From contig NW_021832220.1 in NCBI RefSeq assembly GCF_006345805.1, positions 62,001-126,000 on the forward strand: DNA of 64,000 nucleotides. The letters are read 5' to 3'. The notes under the pieces were generated by a model that worked only from the letters and a program-made list of their open reading frames with translations, was not told where the DNA came from and did no database searches. Made by a program: the position numbers and the translations under genes. The number at the start of each line of letters is the position of its first letter. Position 1 is the stretch's first letter. The DNA comes from Octopus sinensis (lineage: Eukaryota). Shown piece by piece: positions 26,281 to 38,537 of this stretch.

Positions 26281-26464
26281 ATTAGAGAATGACCATAAAA
26301 CATGTTTATAAAGAAGATTGGTTTACTTGATATTCCTCGTGTGCCGATTCTGCCCATAAGAAAGGAACAAATAATACAATGTGGCTGTAGGTCATAATAT
26401 CAGGGCAACACCAGGGTGCATTGTTAGTTCTTAAAATAATCTTTCATTTTTATTATAACTTCAG

Positions 26465-26539
26465 AACCGAAAATGTCACGATTCAAGGCACATTCCAGTA
26501 TCGGAGTGAAGCCAAATATTTTTGGCAAGTTCAACATTG
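26465..26539 (+). CDS. Candidate early exon of the SVBP-domain gene
   Basis: Polypyrimidine/cag acceptor, GTAAGT donor at 26540, and ATG in a good context (gaaaATG, 26473) giving MSRFKAHSSIGVKPNIFGKFNI. Phase 1 end; its connection to the next exon is unproven. Confidence 0.45.
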
Positions 26540-27738
26540 GTAAGTCCTCTATTTCAAATATTACACAGTTCTTTTTTAAAATATGATCATCTCTCATTAA
26601 GCTGAAAGTATTACAGTTACAGCGTATAGTTTGATTTTTGCCAAATCTGTACAGGACTATATTTCCTCACCTGTTCTGTGTTGTTTATCTCCAAAATAAG
26701 TTAACCTGGAGATAAGCAACATTATCATCAAAAGCGTTCCACCTTTGACCATCTCCTCTTTGTTTTAAAGTATAGTATATCTAGACCTACTTTAATGCAT
26801 CGTTCCTTTGCTTCTGAAACCTTGTTTAGATTCAGATCAGCCTTCCCCCTCCTCTCTCTCACACACACTTTACTTTTTATGTATCTGGGGTAGGTTAGAA
26901 GTAATAGATCCTGACTAATATTGTTGAAATGAACTAAACAATGGGTGGGCTTATGTGAGGGAGTCAGGATGTAAAATATCAGTGTTCAAAGTTTCACATT
27001 TAGGAGAGAAGGTAAATCATAAGAAAAACAAAATCAACAAAAATCAAAAACAACTAAGCTAATGAAAATTTCCCAAAGTTCTATTCTATTTACGCGGGCG
27101 TCTTATCAAAATTTCGTTATGTTACTTTACTACATTATCCCTAGTGTTTATGATTTTGAGGGCATGTGGCACTTACCCATTCCACTCATATAGGGGGAAG
27201 CAGTTCTCAAACCAAGAAATTTCGCATGGGATTTCCTCAGCTCTAAGCCCCATGTCATTTCAGCTAGGGATATAGATTTGCGCTTATTGGGTTTTTTAAA
27301 TGAATAGACATTTTTATTGTAAAATTTCCATTTAAACTGGGTGTAGTTCCTATCTAATGAAAGGTTTGTGTATTCTTATAAACTGAAAGAAGCCCATTGT
27401 ATATGTATGTATGTATGTGTGTGTGTGTGTCTGTGTTTGTCCCCCACTATCACTCGACACCCGATGTTGCTGTGTTTACGTCTCCATCACTTAGTGTCCT
27501 TATAAATCATGTTCTTTTTAATGCATTGATTAGCTAGTGGACATTAGAAGGGATTCTACAATTATATAGAATGATGGTGGGGGACCCATTAAACTGGGCT
27601 TTATTGTAGATCGACAGTCTCAAAAGTGACTGAAAGCAATATGTTCTGGAAAGATTTTTTTCCCATTTCACTTTCCTCCATTACTCAATATCTATCTGTC
27701 TGTCTGCCTGTCTGCCTGCCTGTCTATCTATCTATCTG

Positions 27739-27775
<37 letters not shown>

Positions 27776-28120
27776 ATGGCTGTGTGGTAAGCAGCTTGCT
27801 TGCCACTCACATAATTAAGGGTTCAGTCCCACTACATGGCCCCTTGGGCAAGTGTCTTCTACCCTTGTGAGTGGATTTGGTATACGTAAACTGAAAGAAG
27901 CCCGTTGTATATGTATGTGTGTGTGTTTGTGTCTGTATTTGTCCCCTACTATCGCTTGACACCCGATGTTGCTGTGTCTACGTCTCCACCATTTAGCAGT
28001 TTGGCAAAAAGAGAGTAAGGCTTACAAAGAGTAATTCCCGGGGTTGATTTGTTCGACTAAAGTCGGTGCTCCAGCATGGCTGCAGTCAAATGACTGAAAC
28101 AAGTAAAAGAATAAAGAATA
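27776..28120 (+). mobile_element. tRNA-derived SINE
   Basis: A-box-like TGGCTGTGTGGT and B-box-like GGGTTCAGTCCC. Body shared with a partial copy at about 27380-27500. Confidence 0.75.
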
Positions 28121-29394
28121 TAATATATTCAGTTAATATAACTTCTGTGGGGAACAAGTGTTCTAATAGTTGGCATAAGGAAAGAAATTCAATGCATGAC
28201 AATGGTCAAGGTGTATAGAGTAAAGAGAAGCCATTGTCATGAATCTATGTGAAAATACCGTTGCATATGTCACCGATTCGCTTTTAGGTATCACTAAAAT
28301 AGTAAGAAATCGCTGATATCAAGGAAAAGCTAAAATATATTAATTTCTATCCATTCAATATATAGTTACGTACTAAAAATACAAGCTAAGAAGAAATGTC
28401 TATGCAACCATTGGCTCTCTCTCTCTTCTTTCTCTCTGCCCAAGAATAATCTTCCTGACCCCCACCGAATTGTGAAGGGAACCTCAATGCAGTCACTCTA
28501 CATGCTAATAACATCAGTCAAATCTTTTTCATCTAACACCCTACTCATCTTAATGAAAAGTAAATAACAATAGATAATCTAGATTCTATGCTGAAATAAA
28601 AGGCGGAATGGTGGCAGTGAATTGCATCAATCGCAGGTCTACAGGATCAGGGTTGGCTTGTGACTAAATTAGTGGTTTTCAAACTGGCAAATACCAGCTT
28701 CCTACAAATACTAATGATAATTTTTTCCGCCCTTATTAATGAGAGGACAAAAGAGTTTGCAATTGCTCAATTCTTTTTGCTTTGCCCGGGTGTTGAACAA
28801 GCTTAAAAGTTTAAAACCATCTTAAACAGGATATTCCTCATCTCCCTTTAGATCCTCACAGGCAACCCTTGTGGAAAACAGCAATTCACCATCATACTCA
28901 TTATAACCACTGCCACCATCACCACCATTATTATTATCATCGAAGACTGTGTTAAACATCTTATATATATTTCCAGTTACCGTACCAAGTACTAATATCT
29001 CAAATTGCAAGAAAACATATTCGGTGAGTATCAGCATCAATATGAGTTCAGTCTCTTTCATTGCCTTCAGGTATTTCATCTTCCACCAAACTGAGGTACT
29101 CTTTAGTTAATTTTTCAGGTTGTTTTCGCTATTTCTTGTTGGTTGATATAAAGTAGAGAAGCAGAATAAAAGCCCTTCTTGCTTTCACTCAAATATATAA
29201 TGCTCACTGACAAAGTCTCTTCAAATTCATGAAATGACTTTTTCGAAGCTTTAAATGAAAAGAGTAATTTAATATAAATTATCTCCTTGTTCAAGATAAG
29301 TTAGGCAGTCAACAATTTCACCATTCTTGCCCGCAACAAAGACAGATGAAATGAATAAGATCCACAGCAGTATTAGTTACTGATCCCCCCCCCC

Positions 29395-29466
29395 CGGTCT
29401 AGGAATTGAAACCACGTTCTCATGATCGTGAGTGCGACACACTAACCACTAGGCCATGCAACCTCA
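29395..29466 (-). mobile_element. tRNA-derived SINE head
   Basis: Minus strand TGGCCTAGTGGTTAG..GGTTTCAATTCC (A and B boxes) without a complete tRNA cloverleaf. Confidence 0.6.
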
Positions 29467-30089
29467 CTACTATGTGGTACCGATAGCTCAAAGTAGTTTT
29501 AATCATTGGTTGTTTTTTGCTACAAAGTATAAAGCTACACGTCCACAAGCTAATTGCTCCTTTCTGGTGGCCCTTCTTAATTTCTGAGTGCACTATCGAC
29601 AATGACACTTTAACTACATTGAAACACATGATTTGGTCAGTTAAAAAATCATAACACAAGCTCACTATTTGCAAGCAATAACATTATATACTGAATTGAG
29701 AAATTCTAACATGAAAACAAATAACGCGATATGTATATTGTATTGTGTGTGTATGATTGAATGAAACTTGAAATATGAAATTTCTTTGTAATTTTGATAT
29801 TAAGTAGATAAAAAGTAAAAATTTTCACAAAAAAGACCGAATGGAGAAAGTAACTGAGAAAAAAGAATGAGGATAAAAGTGAAATAAGGAAAGGCTTATA
29901 GAAATAGAGGTGATAAACAAAGATAAATAGATCAATAGATAGAAAGATAGATCGAGTGAGAGAGAGAGCATTGCTATGAAATAGTAGAAAAGGTATACAA
30001 ATGTAAGATGTCCCAGTGAATAGGACTGTTTGGGGATTAGCATGTAGCTGAAACTTCAAAAACCACATTTTGTTAAAAAAAATATATTA

Positions 30090-30330
30090 AAGTTGGAAAT
30101 CGTTTGAGTTCATTTAGAGATAAAACTAAGATTCCAAACAAGTCTTAGTAAATTATTCTGGTCTATTAAAGACAGAAACAAAGACTATATTATCAATTGG
30201 GAATTGATTTGTACTGTAAAACCATACAGACCTGGAACTAAAAATTGAAGAATGTTAAAATAAAGACTCCGAAAAAACTGCACCAGTATTATAGTAGGGT
30301 TGCAATTGTAAAGGTTGCTAATCAATGCAG
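30090..30330 (+). mobile_element. Penelope GIY-YIG C-terminal remnant
   Basis: Frameshifted SSFRDKTKI..SLSKLFWSIKDRNKDYIINWELICTVKPYRPGTKN. Confidence 0.5.
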
Positions 30331-30749
30331 TTGAAACATGCGCAGGTCTATGTAAAGTTGTATATATAAAAGAATTAAAGGTTATGCTATGCTACTTCGT
30401 AATAATCCTTATTATTATCATTGATATGTATATATGTATATATTTTTATGCTAACAAGCTCCCTAGCTAATCACGATACCAGTGCCTGTTTTGGCACTAT
30501 TATTCTATACATCACAGGTGGGGAGATGAGTTGCTGCTATCTCTAACAGGCAAGCGTCCATCAAGGAAGGTTCAAATCATGTAATCCGGTGGTCATGGTG
30601 CTGGAGAGGATTTGTTTCCCTGTTAGCCATGTAAACAAGAGTGCATTTTGCACCAAAAGCCAATCTGAGAATTCTCGCATGGTATCTACCACAGTATAGT
30701 TTGTTCTAATAGAACATTCACATTTATGTGGGGATAAATGTTACCTCTC

Positions 30750-31320
30750 GGTATTATTTTGTTTAATCTATTTACACATGCTTAATATAGGATCTAATCT
30801 CTGAATGTACTTGATATTTACTGTGTAGTCACGGGAAACAGAGTTATTTAGACAATTTGCTTTCTTAACTGGGAGGTAATTTTTGTAACTCACAATGTAG
30901 ACTGTGTCGTTTCCTTATTTGTTTTTGTACAATTATCTGTTGTAAACACTTATATTGCTGCACATGTTATAATGATTTATATTGCCTTGATGTTTATTTA
31001 GTCTACACTCTTTTGAGTGCAGTCCATTGTCCTTTGGCATTTTCTTTGTATTGCCTTTAAGAATATAACGGTTCTCCGTATATCTTGCTCTAACTAAAGT
31101 AGCATTATAATATTCCATTTTCTGAGAGAAAATCTCCTCATTACCAGTTAACCTAGATATTGCAGTTGAAACACTTCTAACTCTGTGTTTAATCGATGCT
31201 CTAGGAACTTTTATTCATGGTTTGTAAGTTTTTGTTGGGTTTGTGGAATGTAAAGTCCAGTACCACGGTCCAGTATTACATCTGGAAAGTTTGCTATTTT
31301 ATAGTTATGCCTGTAAAGAA
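30750..31320 (-). mobile_element. Highly degenerate Penelope RT C-terminal remnant
   Basis: ANFPDVILDRGTGLY, FHKPNKNL and RLTGNEEIFSQKMEYYNATL resemble the 11852 and 47947 fragments. Confidence 0.45.
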
Positions 31321-31904
31321 ATAGAAAGCGTTGATATTGAACAGAAGTAAAAGCAAAAAAGTTAACTAGAAATAATCAGGTGCTCAGAAACACAGACAAA
31401 TAGATAATTTAGCGTAATTTTATTTTAGCGGATAGCATTTTAAAAAATAGATAAAAATAATTATGCATTGAGACACCCAGCAGCTAGTTTTAAGATACTT
31501 AAAACTTGAAACTAACTAGAAATAATTATTCTGTGTGGAATAAAGCACTTGTCATTAACATTGTTGCTCATTATAACACTCTTCCTATTGGGCTATGAAA
31601 GTCATTAGGTAGAGACTAGCAAAATACTTGCAAAGATATTGGTTTTGAGCTCAATTTAGAAATCAATTTATCTTAAGCGTCTGAGAAAGTACTGGAGATA
31701 ATCCTGAACATACTTCAGTATATTTTACCTCACCTTCACTTGCCAAAGTGGTGTTAAATGATTCACCAAGTAACTGTACAAGAATATGCACCGCTTGGTA
31801 CAGAATATAAAATTGCTTAGAGAATAAATATTGCAGAAACACCATAGGCATACAAAACAATAGTTGAGTTAGTGCAGACATTCCCAATGCAGGGAATATT
31901 CTTT

Positions 31905-32106
31905 TCTACTCTAGGCACAAAGCCCAAAATTTTAGAGGAAGGGGCCAGTTGATTAGATCGATTCCAGTACGCAACTGGTACTTAATTTATCGACCCCAAA
32001 AGGATGAAAGGCAAAGTCGACCTCGGCAGAATTTGAACGTAAAGACATGAATTACAGCTAAGCATTTTGTATGGCGTGCTAATGTTTCTGCCAGCTTGCC
32101 GCCTTC
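31905..32106 (-). mobile_element. tRNA-derived SINE (second family)
   Basis: Minus strand starts GGCGGCAAGCTGGCAGAAAC and contains TTCAAATTCTGCCGAGGTCGACTTTGCCTTTCATCC. Degenerate relatives at about 34840-34920 and 50140-50290. Confidence 0.75.
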
Positions 32107-32217
32107 CAATGCAGGAAATATTAAAAAAGAACTTACAGCATGCTTGTTTCTCAAAATTTCATGAAAGTCAGATATATGGAGGCAGAGATTAATATGTGAA
32201 ATTGTTTCCTTTTTTAG

Positions 32218-32340
32218 AATTTCTTCAGAAGTTCAGTGACTGATGAACCATTTTCTCAGAAGATAAAACTTGTGAACAGACGTGAAAAGAATTTCGAAAA
32301 GCGTTCGTCAATAGTTAAACAGCCAAAGACTTATGAAACA
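32218..32340 (+). CDS. Internal exon of the SVBP-domain gene
   Basis: tttttttag acceptor, GTAAGT donor at 32341, open phase 0-0 frame NFFRSSVTDEPFSQKIKLVNRREKNFEKRSSIVKQPKTYET. An alternative acceptor starting the exon at 32237 would fit the phase-1 exon at 26465. Confidence 0.6.
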
Positions 32341-32612
32341 GTAAGTTATTCAACTACAAATTACTCGTATCAACTTTTTCTTTTACAAAGAATTTGTATA
32401 CTTGATGTGGTTGCTGTTTTAAATCAGTTCTGATGAAGATCTATGACCAAAGACATTCCACTTGTCACCTAATTGTATTTTATTCAATATGATGACATTT
32501 TAAAGACAATGGTTTAAGCAAAATTTGGCTTCTAACATATAATACTGTTTCACTCGGCCTGCTCCATCTTTTCTAAACTATCTATCTGCCTGCCTGTCTG
32601 TATGTCTGTCTC

Positions 32613-33210
32613 TATTGGATTGGCCAAAATATCCTTTTTTGTTAAGTAAAAATAAAACACTAGTTTTAAACACAAAGCTATTTATTTAGTCAAGTATATA
32701 ATTACTATTTCATCCCAGTATTCTTTGCCATCTTGTGGACAGATCCATTAGTCCTTACTCAAAGAATGTCAACCTTTACTGGTGAAAAACTCTTCCAGGT
32801 GAATTTTTACATCCTATTCAGAGTCAAAGATCTGTTCATTCGGTGAATTTGAAGAGACCGAAACAGGTGGAAACCTGAAGATGTAGGGTCGAGAAAATAT
32901 GGAGGGTGTAGTTAAACTTCCCAGCTAAGCTCTAGTAACTTCTGCTTGCATTTGCAAAGAAGTGTGCAGTCTGGAATTGTGATTAAAAGCAATGCCCTTA
33001 AGATTAGTAAATGCTGGGTGCTTCTGGTGGTTCACTGCTTTTAATTTGTCCATCTGGTTACTCTACACATCCAAACTGATGGTCTTGCCTGAGGGAATAA
33101 GCTCTTAAAAGAGCTTATTTGCTCGCTGAATAATTATCTCCAACTGTAATTTTGTTTAACCACTGGTGACCCCACTGCGGTCAAAAACGACAGTTATTCA
33201 TGCATTTATT
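32613..33210 (-). mobile_element. mariner transposase C-terminal remnant with TIR
   Basis: TA-TTGGATTGGCCAAAA terminus. Degenerate HNSRLHTSLQ, (H)PPYSPDL-like region and DVKIHLEEFFTSK. Confidence 0.7.
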
Positions 33211-35219
33211 AAAATTTATTTATAAGAGTGCTTAATCCAAAGGAGTCTTGGATCTAGATTAGAAACCGGCTCTTTCTCTATTGACAGGAATTCTTGAAAT
33301 AAAACTGAATAATGACATACATACATATGCATGCAAAGACATATATAAAAAAAATACGAATTTGCACATATACACACATACATACATACACACATACACA
33401 CATACATACACACATTCAAAGATACCCTGTTGTTAATATTGAAATTCCAATGAAGGAGCCTTGGATCTAGGTTAGAAACCAGCTCCTTCTCTATTGTGGA
33501 TAAGTGTGCCAGAGACTGGGGATGTATTTTGTGAGAGAGCGAAATGAAAAGAGAAGAAAAGCAGTGATAAACTTCATTCGTGACAAACTCTCTTATAATA
33601 AAATGAATTTTAAAATGGTTGCTAGAAAATAATCACTCAACTATTTTCTGATTGATCGAATGGAGGAAACCGAAGAGGGCAGTATCTGTAAGTCATCTAG
33701 GTTATTTGCGTATTGAGTGAGAGATCTAAGTGAAATCAGTGGTAGGTAAATACACAACATTTATTATTGTGGAGAAAATGACCTAATAAGTTTAAAAAGG
33801 AAGAAACAAGAAAAAGAAAAACTAACACTTGCTAGTAAATTTTCTTAACAGGAATTTAAAGAACGGAGATTCACCATTTTCTTTCTATTTCATAGTGTCT
33901 TCTTGGGTGAGATTTTTTTATTTTTGAAAATGCTAACTTAACATCTTTAATAACCACATTCAGAAAATATATGTACATGCATACCGATAATAATAATAAG
34001 TGTAGCACTAGGTTTTGTTAGTAAAAGCTTAAAGGGGATGTGAGATGACGTCAGCAGCTGGGGAGCTGACTGGAACTTGGGGCTGGCCGGAAGGGGCAGC
34101 AGCGACGCGTGCGCAGGTAGGGTAGCATTCGGCCTTTCGATCGTGGTCACCGAGCGAGGAAGATGGGTCAGCACGTTGTTAAGGTTGGGAGAAGCAGCTG
34201 CTATTTCTAGTGTTCGAGTCAGGCTGTGTTGAAGGATCCGTTACCGCTGAAGGGTCTCCATCTGAGCGAAGAGAAGGTAGGGGCCTTTATTTCGAATCTC
34301 TCGCATACGCCACAGGGGAATCTGGATAAATTGGGATTTTCAGAAAGAGAAATCGACTGGCTAATTTGTACATTATAAGTGCAATCTGTGAGTGGTGCAG
34401 TAAAAATATGCAAGACTTTCCTCAAGTTCCAAATGTGAATTTTTCTGTATTAATTACATCCCAAAGATGGAGTCTTGTATCTTTGTTGGAAACTGGCTCC
34501 CTCCTCAGTGGAAGATTTATAATAATCAAAACATTGAAGATGCATGCAGAAGGAGAGAGTGAGAGTTGCAAAGTAAACCAGAAGTATGTTACAGACGGAC
34601 AGATTTAACAAAAATTATTGTAGCACTTCATGGTTTATGTCAAGATATGCAGAAAAAGTAATTGGAGTTTACTTTAATTCATATGTGAATGATATTTAAA
34701 TGAGAATCACTTGAAAATTTCCGTTTCTTAAAGGATTTGAACTAGTGGCCCTTTTCATTAGTTCTGCTACTGAATTTCGTAATAAAAATATATCTAAACA
34801 TTAAATATAAACCAATGATCTATAAATATATATATATTCCACCGAAGTAGACTTTACCTTCCATCATTTCGAGAAAATAAGTACCAGTTGTGCAATTGGG
34901 GTCAATTACATTGACTGCAATTCATCATTTTGCTCGAAATTGCTGGCCTTATGCCAACATTTGAGACCAATATATGCTTACATACATAAACTTACATATA
35001 TATCTAAATGTATATATATATATATATATATTATATAAAAGGGCTTAGTAAAATAAATTACTTTGCCGCATACTGAACTCATTAGAAATAGCAGCTAAAA
35101 AACTTTTTTAAAGCTATTTCTAATACTTAAAGAAAATCTCTCTCATATATAGTGTTGCTTAATTCAACTCACAAAAGTTTGGGGGTAAGGACATCGAAAA
35201 ATCAAATGCTAAGGTTATT

Positions 35220-35272
35220 TGAGAACGTACGTTTCAAGATTAGTCAAAAACAACACTTCTATCATCAGCTCA
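35220..35272 (-). ncRNA. Type-I hammerhead ribozyme, canonical core, unit 1
   Basis: UGAG [CUGAUGA] UAGAAGUGUUGUUUUUGACUAAUCUU [GAAA] CGUACGU U^ CUCA. Stem I UGAG/CUCA, helix III palindrome ACGUACGU. Confidence 0.75.
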
Positions 35273-35765
35273 GAAATTCCTTGGTTTGGATTTGGAAACA
35301 CTGAAAATAAGAACATACCTTTCGAAGATCTGCTCGTAACTAACAGTGCCAACAAATTCAAAATAAGCAAGCGAAGAATCTCTGTTCTCCCCTTTCCACC
35401 AGCGTGGGTTAAAATCATCAAACACTATGCTTATTTCGGTAAAATCCGAAGCATTAATCAGAGGGAGATTAATTATAATTTCAACAATTGAGGGCAAAAT
35501 TAATTAATTATTAATCAATTTCACCAAGTGTTCAGTATGCAAAGGGACCATTCAAGGCGAATTCAAATTATTACATTATATAAAAGGGCTTAGTAAAATA
35601 AATTACTTTGCCGCATACTGAACTCATTAGAAATAGCAGCTAAAAAACTTTTTTAAAGCTATTTCTAATACTTAACGAAAATCTCTCTCATATATAGTGT
35701 TTGCTTAATTCAACTCACAAAAGTTTGGGGGTAAGGACATCGAAAAATCAAATGCTAAGGTTATT

Positions 35766-35818
35766 TGAGAACGTACGTTTCAAGATTAGTCAAAAACAAC
35801 ACTTCTATCATCAGCTCA
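35766..35818 (-). ncRNA. Type-I hammerhead ribozyme, unit 2
   Basis: Identical motif 546 nt from unit 1 on the same strand. Confidence 0.75.
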
Positions 35819-36129
35819 GAAATTCCTTGGTTTGGATTTGGAAACACTGAAAATAAGAACATACCCTTTCGAAGATCTGCTCGTAACTAATAATTAATTA
35901 ATTTTGCCCTCAATTGTTGAAATTATAATTAATCTCCCTCTGATTAATGCTTCGGATTTTACCGAAATAAGCATAGTGTTTGATGATTTTAACCCACGCT
36001 GGTGGAAAGGGGAGAACAGAGATTCTTCGCTTGCTTATTTTGAATTTGTTGGCACTGTTAGTTACGAGCAGATCTTCGAAAGGGTATGTTCTTATTTTCA
36101 GTGTTTCCAAATCCAAACCAAGGAATTTC

Positions 36130-36182
36130 TGAGCTGATGATAGAAGTGTTGTTTTTGACTAATCTTGAAACGTACGTTCTCA
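36130..36182 (+). ncRNA. Type-I hammerhead ribozyme, inverted copy
   Basis: UGAG 36130-33, CUGAUGA 36134-40, GAAA 36167-70, predicted cleavage after 36178, CUCA 36179-82. Confidence 0.75.
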
Positions 36183-36466
36183 AATAACCTTAGCATTTGA
36201 TTTTTCGATGTCCTTACCCCCAAACTTTTGTGAGTTGAATTAAGCAAACACTATATATGAGAGAGATTTTCGTTAAGTATTAGAAATAGCTTTAAAAAAG
36301 TTTTTTAGCTGCTATTTCTAATGAGTTCAGTATGCGGCAAAGTAATTTATTTTACTAAGCCCTTTTATATAATGTAATAATTTGAATTCGCCTTGAATGG
36401 TCCCTTTGCATACTGAACACTTGGTGAAATTGATTAATAATTAATTAATTTTGCCCTCAATTGTTG

Positions 36467-36524
<58 letters not shown>

Positions 36525-37480
36525 TACACACACACACATATATATACATTTACATATATATGTATATATATATATATATATACACACATTTAGATATATA
36601 TGTAAGTTTATGTATGTGATGCGAGGTCAGTTGAAAAAAAGTGTTATGACCCAGTTTCTGCTGGTTGGAGTCAGAGAGACTGGAGAAAGAAGTTATGGGG
36701 CTTTGTCTTGTCACCGGTAAGGGAAATTAATGAGGGTAGAAAGTACCTCTGACCCTTATCCGGTCAAGCAAAGTTAAGAAAAAAATAAATCTGCCACCCC
36801 TTTAAAATGCGGTGAGCTGGGGTTAGTTAGTCAGTTGGCGAGAGGAGTTGAGTTGGCAACAGGGTAGTTGGCGTGAGGGTCGATCAGAGATGGTTGCGAT
36901 GGTGAGAAAGACTGACAGAGGGGATTGAGGACATGTCAAGCAAGAGGAACTAAGGGAGATGACGGCGAGAAGGCTAGAATGCTTGTAGTAGGAGTTTGTA
37001 ACGAGAAAACGTGCCGGTAATGTTTTTGATGGATTTCTGTTTTTATTTGTGATTTGAATTATGATGTTTGAAAAAGAGACTCTGTGACATAAACTGTAAT
37101 TTATTGAAATGTAAAAAGAATTGTGTCAGAAAAAAAAAGAACTGTGGAAAAGAAAGAAAAAAAAGGGAAAAGAACATACGTTGTGTTATGTTGAAATGCG
37201 TTGATTGTTTTTCTTTTAACCCTGTACAATTTGTTTAAATGTTTTTCTTTAAATGTATCTGAATTGTATTATGTTTTAATTGATGTTAAGAAATTGTATA
37301 AACTGTTGTTAAATGTAAGCAACTGCCTTCCGCTGTCTCTCTCTTCCTGTTGTTGTTGTTGTCTCCGGTCACTGGTTTGCGTGACCGGAGACATGAGCAA
37401 GCAAGAAAAAACAACAACGCGAGGATGTGGAATAAGTACAGTGTTATTGGACGATAAGGAAAGGAAAGAAAAGAAAGAGG

Positions 37481-37515
37481 ATTTCATGTTTCGAGCGGAG
37501 CTCTTCATCGGAAAT
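37481..37515 (-). ncRNA. Degenerate minimal hammerhead (CCGAUGA core; probably inactive)
   Basis: AUUU CCGAUGA A GAGC-UCC-GCUC GAAA CAU G AAAU. Stems I and II intact; helix III and the cleavage triplet are mutated. Confidence 0.45.
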
Positions 37516-38537
37516 ATAGAAAAAGTCCAAAGAAGGGAAGACGGAGGAAAAAAATCGCCAACGATACACACGCGGTCACATATTGTATGTGTGTGTGTGT
37601 GTATATACACATCTTAGGTTCTGGTAGAGTATAAAGATAGGGTATTTCCAGGAAAGCACACAACCTGATTTCTGGGCTATCAACACTGTCGGATACCAGA
37701 CTAATACTGAAATTCATCAAGTGTAAAAAACCCAGGTTTCACTATGGTAGAACTGCTGTGTGGGTATAGCAAAGAGTAAATTATCATCCAAATAATAAGA
37801 CAAAGAAATCCTTTAATGCATCTCTAATGATTCGCTACAGCTGTTTCTCTACCAACTCTGCTTGCAACGCCCGTTTACACAATATTCAAAGTCAAAATTT
37901 ACATAATGTTTGCAGTTTTAGACTTTAGAGGTGGCACTTCATCAGACTTCATCAGAAATGTCACTCATATCTCTACAACCCCAAACATTACGTAAATAGT
38001 CACTCTGAACAAACTGCAAACTGGTGTTGCAAGCGGAGTTGGTACAGAAACAACTGTACCGAATCATTAAATATGTGTTAAAAGATTTCCTTGTCTTAAT
38101 AATCTCCTGAAAATCACTTTTATTCAATAGAAACAATAATGTAAATAAATTTGAAAAGAATTTCATTGACTGGGATTGCTCCCAAATTCCATGCAGCAAA
38201 ACAATGACTAACCCATTCATTGGCACCCATTCTATACCTTAGTAATGATGGTTAAACTTGTAGGATGCCATAAAATGAATGATTGATGAATGAATACAGT
38301 TTTCTTGAAACTTTTGATTATTTCCGAATGCTTTCCATCCACATCGACAAACTTGATAACAATTTATACTATCAGCTACACCAAACACCAGTTTAAGCAA
38401 CAAATGCCAGCATCTACCATCAGCTCATACCTAACATATCTCTGAAGTGGTTTCTACTGTAGGTTTTGCATATTCTAAACTCATAGAGTTATTTCATTTG
38501 AAGAAAAGGGTAAATGGCCGTTGTTTTTGAATTTCAG

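Larger units (their letters stand above)
35032..36474. mobile_element. 545/546-bp hammerhead-bearing unit in tandem plus inverted arrangement (retrozyme/pLTR-like)
   Basis: Unit 1 is about 35032-35577, followed by partial unit 2 to 35890 and an inverted concatemer 35891-36474. Palindrome arms are 35474-35890/36058-36474. Confidence 0.85.

Noticed and set aside
29395-29466. Possible tRNA gene
   Set aside because: A and B boxes are present but there is no acceptor-stem pairing; treated as a SINE head.
33626-33687. AG..GTAAGT-bounded candidate exon
   Set aside because: All three frames contain stops from the available acceptor; at most a non-coding or alternative first exon.
35219-35491. 90-aa ORF in the 546-bp unit
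   Set aside because: GTG start, no recognisable domain, antisense to the HHR, and the frame shifts between copies (ACCTTT vs ACCCTTT).
36310-36365. Second HHR-like string in the 546-bp unit (CTAATGAG..GCAAAGTAA..TTACTA)
   Set aside because: The core has G5A and lacks G12, and stem I does not pair.
37900-37960. CTGATGA duplicates on the minus strand; similar ghosts at about 14570-14630, 30315-30350, 43140-43205 and 47515-47540
   Set aside because: Two or more core positions or whole stems are broken. They may be ancient HHR relics near PLE ends but cannot be supported.
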